Assembly (NCBI GenBank): GCA_002483345.1
Contig: DLHS01000018.1
Location: 208,638-240,637 of the forward strand
Direction: 5' to 3'
Length of the DNA stretch: 32,000 nt
Source: Bacteroidetes bacterium UBA7662
Lineage (GTDB): Bacteria; Bacteroidota; Bacteroidia; UBA7662
Below, piece by piece: positions 15,301 to 21,400 of the stretch (positions are counted from its first letter, which is position 1; each line of letters starts with the position of its first letter). Made by a program: the position numbers and the translations under genes. A model generated the notes under the pieces. It saw only the letters and a list, made by a program, of their open reading frames with translations, was not told where the DNA came from and ran no database searches.

Positions 15301-18244
15301 CAGGCTTGAAGGTAATCGTATTCACAGAACTCACTCCGGGACGTCCCTGAATCGTAATAGGGAATGTCTCAGAAGTACTGTACAACGAGTCTATCAGCAG
15401 GAAGGTCGCGGGACCGTTAACCAGACCCGAACTCAAAAAGTTAGCAGCAGCCGTAAGCGTAGGAAAATCAGCCGTACCACTTACACCAACCCGGTAGGTA
15501 CCCGATACAACTGGCAATACCTTGTAGGCATAAACAGAAAACGGGGCAACTGCATTGTAAACATACAAACCTGTACCACCCAAAGGTGACGTGGTGACCG
15601 TATTCGTAGCGTTACGAACAGCCACGTAATACTGGATCGTATCCATTGCCGCAACCCCGCCAAGCAAGGTGTAATTGACTGTAAAGGTATAGTTGTTGCC
15701 AGCTATCACCGGAACAGTATCCAGCTGCCAGATGCTCTGCGTGCTCTTCTTGTAGAACATACGCGCGGAGCCCGCAACCAATGAACTGCTCGAATCCGTG
15801 ATGGAAGCCGTTACATAACGGTTCGGCCCAACCAGCGTATCCTGCAAAGTAGTCACTGATATCTGAGAAAAAATGGAACCCACAAATTCATAGGCTCCAA
15901 TGTCAGGAGTTGTAAGTGAGCGAGGTGTACCGTCAATATCAGCAGGCACATAACTCAAGGGTGTTCCAAGGTTGTCGAATCCAACGCTGCTCGGAATCGG
16001 AGGATTTGTACTCAGGAAAACAGGGTCAATAGTTCTTGACAAAGTATCCCGGAATACACCCGTCTGCCAGTCAGTCAGGGCAACATACTCCGTTACAGGT
16101 GAGTTGTTCCTGAAGAAATTAGGGACTGTAGCGCCACCCATCCGGTAGTTATTGTGTGAACTCACCAGACTGTCAATGATTGCTGTAATAGCTACACGGA
16201 ACAACCTGAAGTTGGCAGGAAGACTTCCGCTGATCGGGTTTACCTCAATGTGGTTGTTGAAGAACCCTATATAGCTGTAAGCAGGCAATGCGGCTGTTCC
16301 ACCAAGTATATACACCCCACCCTGTGCAGTGGAGGTAGTAGTTGTATTCAAAGAGAATATCACCGTATTATTGGCAATCTCAATCGCATCCCGGGGGCTT
16401 GGCGGCACAGAAGTAGTAGAGAATGTACCAGAGATATACAAGGGCGTCGGAATCATGGCAGTGCTGGTGATAGTCGACGCCTGAGAACCAGAAATAACAT
16501 TGTTAACTACCCTGTTGGTATTAATAAAAGGAGAAATAGTATCCCCGTTAGGATTTGCAACCAATATACCATAAGCAGACATAGGCCCGGTTATGCGGTT
16601 GTTTGACATATTCATACCATAGGTAGCAGATGTCCAGATACCGGCACCACCGGTAGATGTACCTGCAAAATTGGTGATGGTATTGGTCTCAATTGTTACA
16701 AAATCCTGATTCAGCGCATAAATAGCACGATAAGTATAGCTATCAAAAGTATTGTTCTGAATATTGTTCTGCTGTTTGAATGGCAATGAACCTTGTCCTT
16801 CGAGGTAAGCAGCGTAATAGAACCCTTTGAAACTATTGTTCAAAATAAAGGCCGTACCTGCTCTGTAAATCAAACCAAGGTTGCTTGAGCTGGTCGACAA
16901 AGTCTGGTCATCGAATACACAACCAACAATCTGACCTTCATTGGAAGTAGGACCGTATACAAGCACCCCCTGTGCAGCAGCCGGAACCGTTGACCTGCGG
17001 AAGGTCATGTTCTGGAAAACAACTTTCGGGGTATTGTTAATCGTAAAGCTGGTGCGGGTAGTGGCGGCGGCGGCCGTATCACCCATAAGAATCACGTCGG
17101 AGGCTACTCCTGTGCTGCTTGCAAAAATAATCTGGTTTGCACCACCCGAACCAATAACATTACTCAATGTATAAGCCCCGTAGTAAGTGCCCGGGTTTAC
17201 ATTAAAGGTTACAGAACCATTGATACCGCATTGATTAAGCGTATTGACAGCATCGGTGAAATCGAGGAAGTCAGCTGAAGGGCCGCCCAAAGTGAAAACA
17301 CCACTGATGCCGGTACAGATGGTGACCGACAGGGTATCGTTACTCGTATTATTATCAGCACCCAATCCATTGGCGTTGGTTGCCCATACTTTCAGGGTAT
17401 GGGTGCCCGGAGCCAGAATGTTTATGGGTGTGCTGAAACTATAGTTTTCTGATTGCCCCGGCCCCAGTACAGATGACAGGGAGTATCCATTCACCGTAAT
17501 CGGTGCATTGTTATCCAACTGGTATCCGATATCGGCGGTAGCAATGGGGTCAGCTGCAGCATTCTGGATAACCATTTGTACGCTGTTGTTACCAATGGTG
17601 AGGTTGGCAGGAGAAATAAGGTTGGCAATCCTGACATCACGGCCTGTAGCAGGGCGGAATGAAATACCTCCTGTAAACTGGCGTACGTGGTTGGTTGGTG
17701 TTGGAGGCGGGCCACCGTATCCGATATTAAAACCGGTATAAATGGTCACAAAACCATTGGTAAAAGTATCAACCCCTACAGGTGGCAGGTTGGTTGTAGT
17801 TCCGGTGTAAGCAAAGCTGCCCGTTGAACCACTTGTAATACCCACGGCAAAACCATACACACTACCAGCATTCATCAATAAACCGCCGGGTATGACCACC
17901 GGTGAAAAAACAAATCCGTTAGCATTGGTAGTGGTACTATTTCCCAATACTGCCGGAAAAGCGGCATGAATCTGCGTCCAGGCTGGAGCCTGAATCGTAG
18001 GGGCACCATTGATAGGCGTGGTATTATACCAGGCCTGCAGGTTGGTTGAGGCACCCACTGTACCATAAAGCGGTACCCAGATGGTGTCAAGAAACACACT
18101 GGAGATTGCTCTCAGGTTAAAAGTAGTCCCTCCTGCGCCGTTACCACCCAGCAATGGGGGTGAAGTAAACAACGAAAGTTGACCCGATGCATTCCCCGTA
18201 AAAAGGAACAACACCACAATTAGCAGTCGTAGATAGTTTTTCAT
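12320..18244 (-). CDS. Giant (1974 aa) secreted multidomain T9SS cargo protein, paralog of 18455-24304: N-domain, CARDB-like, beta-helix A, Ig-like, beta-helix B, Ig-like, unassigned beta-domain, CARDB-like, T9SS CTD
   Basis: The ATG at 18244 gives the classical signal peptide MKNYLRLLIVVLFLFTGNASGQ. The 20-codon extension to 18304 is hydrophilic and unlikely. ORF aa 222-810 are collinear with the paralog (GRDVRIANLISP..ANGLGADNNTSNDTL..CVFDDQT..FKGFYYAAYL..TTPDIGAYEF). A second beta-helix spans ~933-1446 (SGTYRVGVSGTADFPTL ... APDMGAYEF). The C-terminal ~200 aa are ~70% identical to the paralog. The CTD is VYPNPAESFVNFEFNEF..GIYSYRFIAADQVQHGNLIVKH. Confidence 0.85.
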   Translation of the reverse strand: MKNYLRLLIVVLFLFTGNASGQLSLFTSPPLLGGNGAGGTTFNLRAISSVFLDTIWVPLYGTVGASTNLQAWYNTTPINGAPTIQAPAWTQIHAAFPAVLGNSTTTNANGFVFSPVVIPGGLLMNAGSVYGFAVGITSGSTGSFAYTGTTTNLPPVGVDTFTNGFVTIYTGFNIGYGGPPPTPTNHVRQFTGGISFRPATGRDVRIANLISPANLTIGNNSVQMVIQNAAADPIATADIGYQLDNNAPITVNGYSLSSVLGPGQSENYSFSTPINILAPGTHTLKVWATNANGLGADNNTSNDTLSVTICTGISGVFTLGGPSADFLDFTDAVNTLNQCGINGSVTFNVNPGTYYGAYTLSNVIGSGGANQIIFASSTGVASDVILMGDTAAAATTRTSFTINNTPKVVFQNMTFRRSTVPAAAQGVLVYGPTSNEGQIVGCVFDDQTLSTSSSNLGLIYRAGTAFILNNSFKGFYYAAYLEGQGSLPFKQQNNIQNNTFDSYTYRAIYALNQDFVTIETNTITNFAGTSTGGAGIWTSATYGMNMSNNRITGPMSAYGILVANPNGDTISPFINTNRVVNNVISGSQASTITSTAMIPTPLYISGTFSTTSVPPSPRDAIEIANNTVIFSLNTTTTSTAQGGVYILGGTAALPAYSYIGFFNNHIEVNPISGSLPANFRLFRVAITAIIDSLVSSHNNYRMGGATVPNFFRNNSPVTEYVALTDWQTGVFRDTLSRTIDPVFLSTNPPIPSSVGFDNLGTPLSYVPADIDGTPRSLTTPDIGAYEFVGSIFSQISVTTLQDTLVGPNRYVTASITDSSSSLVAGSARMFYKKSTQSIWQLDTVPVIAGNNYTFTVNYTLLGGVAAMDTIQYYVAVRNATNTVTTSPLGGTGLYVYNAVAPFSVYAYKVLPVVSGTYRVGVSGTADFPTLTAAANFLSSGLVNGPATFLLIDSLYSTSETFPITIQGRPGVSSVNTITFKPDVTRSNVVVEGSAPGSTGLFVLRGVKWFTLDGSNNGTSSRNLTLRSTSSAATSAVVWLRSILGETVEHTTLKNLQIVGGTNTVTSTFGITAQGAAIATTGTGDSMLDLTIQNNVVTRAYYGIYARNTVANPGMNIQVMNNSIGSLDTASFVIFRGIDVQNFVGASIRDNEVFNLVSPTATTQAAIEVGGTSLRGVRINRNTVWGVKNLNTGGWGAYGINVVSGDSVTIDNNLIYDLKTVNYSNTSQLYNAFGIRLAGGLAHSVHYNSVYLYGTYTNVTTAGAAGAAFGVTATAVTGDVRNNIFAMNATSTTPVSSFNAVWVVAAYNFANLTLNNNAYHVDTNAQCFVGRVGTTAGSGNYATVADWKLISSVGNANNDNLSVPPVGRSLPPFVSITDLHIPAGTTSGIESGAVVISSLGTPNTDYAGNNRPAGTGTAPDMGAYEFAGIALPDIFPPSIDSVDISPSGDLCVATARTVTVYARDNNGGRGIDSVSASYTVAGVQQPVILLTRTAGTSLNGTWTGVIPAAPAANQAVIVTIIARDSLGNFAPNFAAGRYKDDYLTVSAGNDTTIIQGDTATLVLSTGFGAAGSLGNAAAATGTNCAGGFMFDLTTATSSLYISGFDINPFNTGSQTVSVYYISGTKNGQQANQAAWTLEGTYTINPTAAGIMRLNLTSGFAIPAGATYGVYLQYHSQYATGTTSLSNTDLSITNGEGFCTNWTVCCSPRLWVGTVYYGSALTAQWTTLGGTVVGSSDTLKVSPATTTTYIVTVTDSVCTKSDTVTVTVNPLQLNPDIGVSRIVSPTTSTVLDGATALPVTVIVKNYGTVPASGFDVEYRINGGVSIVTNSITQTINPGDSLQHTFTVSWTPTTAGPVALCANTTGMPNELVRSNDTSCVSLVSTVSVENLLLNNRLIGNVYPNPAESFVNFEFNEFAGKGLLEIHDKLGRVVASIAVDRKNGNVQSVRTENWAAGIYSYRFIAADQVQHGNLIVKH
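12323..12568 (-). other. Type-A T9SS C-terminal sorting domain of giant gene 2
   Basis: NRLIGNVYPNPAESFVNFEFNEFAGKGLLEIHDKLGRVVASIAVDRKNGNVQSVRTENWAAGIYSYRFIAADQVQHGNLIVKH. By hand alignment, 71 of 83 residues are identical to the tail of gene 3. Confidence 0.8.
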
Positions 18245-18395
18245 AAATGGAATTTGGACTTGTAATTTCAGGATATATCTCCCCTGAAAAGCCCGCCTGT
18301 CCATTAAAATGAAATTAAAATATTAAATCATGATTAAGAATTTACAATAATCAGTCAATGGTTTTAACTTTTTTGCTAAAAAAATTGAATAGAGT

Positions 18396-18432
18396 AAAAA
18401 AGCTGCCCCGGAAAATCCGGGACAGCTTTTTT
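18396..18432 (-). terminator. Rho-independent terminator of giant gene 3
   Basis: 11-bp stem with one mismatch: agctgccccgg (18401-18411) / ccgggacagct (18417-18427), loop aaaat. It is flanked by A5 and T5; on the minus strand the hairpin is followed by tttttt. It lies 23 bp after the stop at 18455. Confidence 0.75.
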
Positions 18433-18454
18433 AAACTCAAGGCTCTGCCTGTCT

Positions 18455-21400
18455 CTATTTCTTCACTACCAGGTTGCCATGCTGAACCTGATCGGAAGCG
18501 ATGAAGCGGTAACTGTACATCCCGGCCGCCCATGTTTCGGTACGTACCGACTGAACAGGGCCATTCGCACGGTCAACAGCCACCGTAGCAACCACCCGAC
18601 CCAGCTTATCATGGATTTCAAGGGTACCCTTGCCCTGGAATTCGTTGAACTCAAAGTTCACAAACGACTCTGCAGGATTCGGATAAACCTTACCAATCAA
18701 ACGGTTACTAATCGCCAACTCATCTACTCCTACGGTTGACACAATAGTTGCGCAGGCAGTATCATTGGCCCGGTTAACTTCATTCGGCAAACCGGTTGTA
18801 TTAGCACAGATAGAGAAAGTAGCACCGGTTGCAGGTGGTGTCCATGCCAGTGTAAAGGTGTGCATCAAAGAATCTCCGGGTGCGATGGTCTGGGTAATTG
18901 AGTTTGTTACAATTGAAAGACCTCCGTTAACCCTGTATTCCACGTCGAAACCTGAAGCTGCAACACCTCCGTAGTTTTTAATCCGGGCTGTTACATCGAT
19001 AGGAGAATTGGTATTGATGGTAGAACCCGAAGCAGGAGCTGCAATGAGTGACACCCCGATATCAGGAGGGCTGGCACCGACAACGACAGTAGCTGTAACG
19101 CTTACATTACACCTTCCGTCACTCAGGGTTGCCGTATAGGTGAAGGTACCGTTGGAAGTGAACGGACCAGCTACCAGCGTGTCGCCGTTGGTGGGAGGAA
19201 TTGTATTCCAGACAATGCTACCGGCACTGGTACTCATGGTCATACCTGTGTTCAACGAACCAACTGACATCAGCGAAGTGGCTGATGAAAGCACCCAGTC
19301 TGCCGCGTCATTGTTATCGCTGTTAGTACGGATAACCCCGGCAAGTCCGCTGGATGAAGCCAAATTACCACTCCAGTCAGCTGCAGTAACACCACTGGCA
19401 ACATCGAATGTATACCCGTTGGTAGCAAGCGCATCTACAATTGTACCGGCAGCATCTTTCATAATATAGCCCGTAGCAGAACCGGAAGAAATACCATCCG
19501 TCGTGCCACCTGTATTAAAGTAGGCGTTGGCCGGATCATCTGTTCCTGTGCCAAGGTGAAGGACAAGCGTTCCATTACCCGGAACAATAGCGCCTGCAGG
19601 GAAAGTATAATTACGGGCACCTGCTCCTACCATATCAAAAGTAAAGCCTGTCAAATCAGCAGGGCTTGAACCCAGGTTGCTGATCTCGACCAAATCCTCA
19701 CCGGAAACATGCGCAGGATAAGTAGGGGTCTGACCGGTACCGGTTCTGTACTGTACAACCTCTGTGATTTTAACATTGGCAATGCCGGTAGCAAAAGCAC
19801 GTAATACCACGGTATCCCCTATGAGCGCTGTTCTGTTTAAAGGGAATACGGTTAAACCCAGATAGTTGTCTTTATACGAAATCGTACCGGAAGTATCTGT
19901 CAGGCCAATCGAATCAACCACTGTTACAAAATAACGATTCCGGACAGCAGGCGAGCTTACAGGAATGGTTGCAGTCCAGTTGCTTGAAATACCCACCCTG
20001 GTCATCGGAATTGCTGTAAACGTTCCGGAACCAACCAGATCATGGTGCAGATTTACAGTGGTGAGAGAACGGAACTGTGTGATATTGGCAGTAATCTCAC
20101 GGGTAGCATTGATACAGCTGTCGGTAGCTGTCGTTACTGTCTGAATGATAGGATCTGTCGGCAGATCAACCCGGAAAGAGTCAATGCCGATACCTTCATT
20201 TTCACCGCTTCCGTCAGAACCGAATAAGAAACGGAAACGTACGCTTGCCTGGTTGGCAAGTGCAGGAATGGTGAGTTCAGCCGGCAACCAGCCACCTGAG
20301 CCAGAACCATTGGTATTTGCCCACACCGGAAGACCATTACTTGCACCTACAGAAGCTGCGCTATACCAGTTAACACCAGCTCCAACTGCCCCTGCAACTG
20401 ACCAGGTGTTACCACCATCAGTAGTATATTGAAGGGTAACGCCATCCCATCCTTCTTCTGTTTCATACCAGATTCCAAACCGGACCCTGACATTACTCAA
20501 GGCACTTAAATCGAAACATGGAGAAGTGATGTGTGACTGTTCATTAGAATTATAGTCACCCGTCAGGTTAGTCACCCAGGCGTTGCTGTCGCTATATGCC
20601 GGTGAGGCACCCCCTGAGGTGGTTGGGATACCCAGAGCCCAGCTGGAAGCTGTTCCACCTGCTATCCATCCACCTGCACCGTTTTCCCAGCTTTCTGTAT
20701 AAGGGAATGAGCTGACAATAGGTATGTTGTTAAAAGTTGTTCTTGCGGTATCGTTGCTGAAATCACCATCACCGGCACGGCCATGGTAGGCAACAATGTT
20801 ATAAACACCGATAGTACTTACGTTCACGAGGGTATTAAAATTGTAAATTATGGTATCACCAGGGTTGATAGGACCGGCAAAGGTCTCTGAAACCGGTGTG
20901 CCCCCGTTCAGGGTGTAAATCAACGGGAAGGCTGATTGTGCAGCTGTTCCATTGTTTATCAGGCGAACCGTAACTGTATCATTGGTGAGACCACAACCTT
21001 CGGTTGGGCCCAGTACCCTGTTAACTGACAAGTCAACCGGTGGCGGCAGGAAGACGCGGAAATTATCCAGGTCAAAATAAACATCAAGACCACTCGTCTG
21101 CTCAAAAACAACCCTCAGGTAAATCTCATCGCCTGTATAGGCATTGAGGTTGATCCGGAAATAAGTGAACTGATCTGAAGCGACATAGTTCTGATCCGTA
21201 ATTGCTGATACCGTCTGGAAACTTACACCACAATCGGTAGAAACCTGAACTTTGATGGTATCGCCCACTCCCAAAGGAAGTGGTGTACCCGGCCAGCTCC
21301 AGCCGCTCCATTCGGTCATTTTATATGCAAACTCAAAAATGTACCCACTGGATGGGATTGGACCAAAAAATGGCAGTGTCACACTGGAAGCATTTACACC

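Noticed and set aside
18245-18304. N-terminal extensions in the ORF track: gene 2 MDRRAFQGRYILKLQVQIPF; gene 1 to 12183; gene 3 to 24310; POT2 to 6290; OM barrel to 29846
   Set aside because: Four of the five extended starts are TTG or GTG codons (checked in the sequence). In every case an internal ATG gives a canonical signal peptide or a family-typical N-terminus. I therefore trimmed the CDS coordinates.
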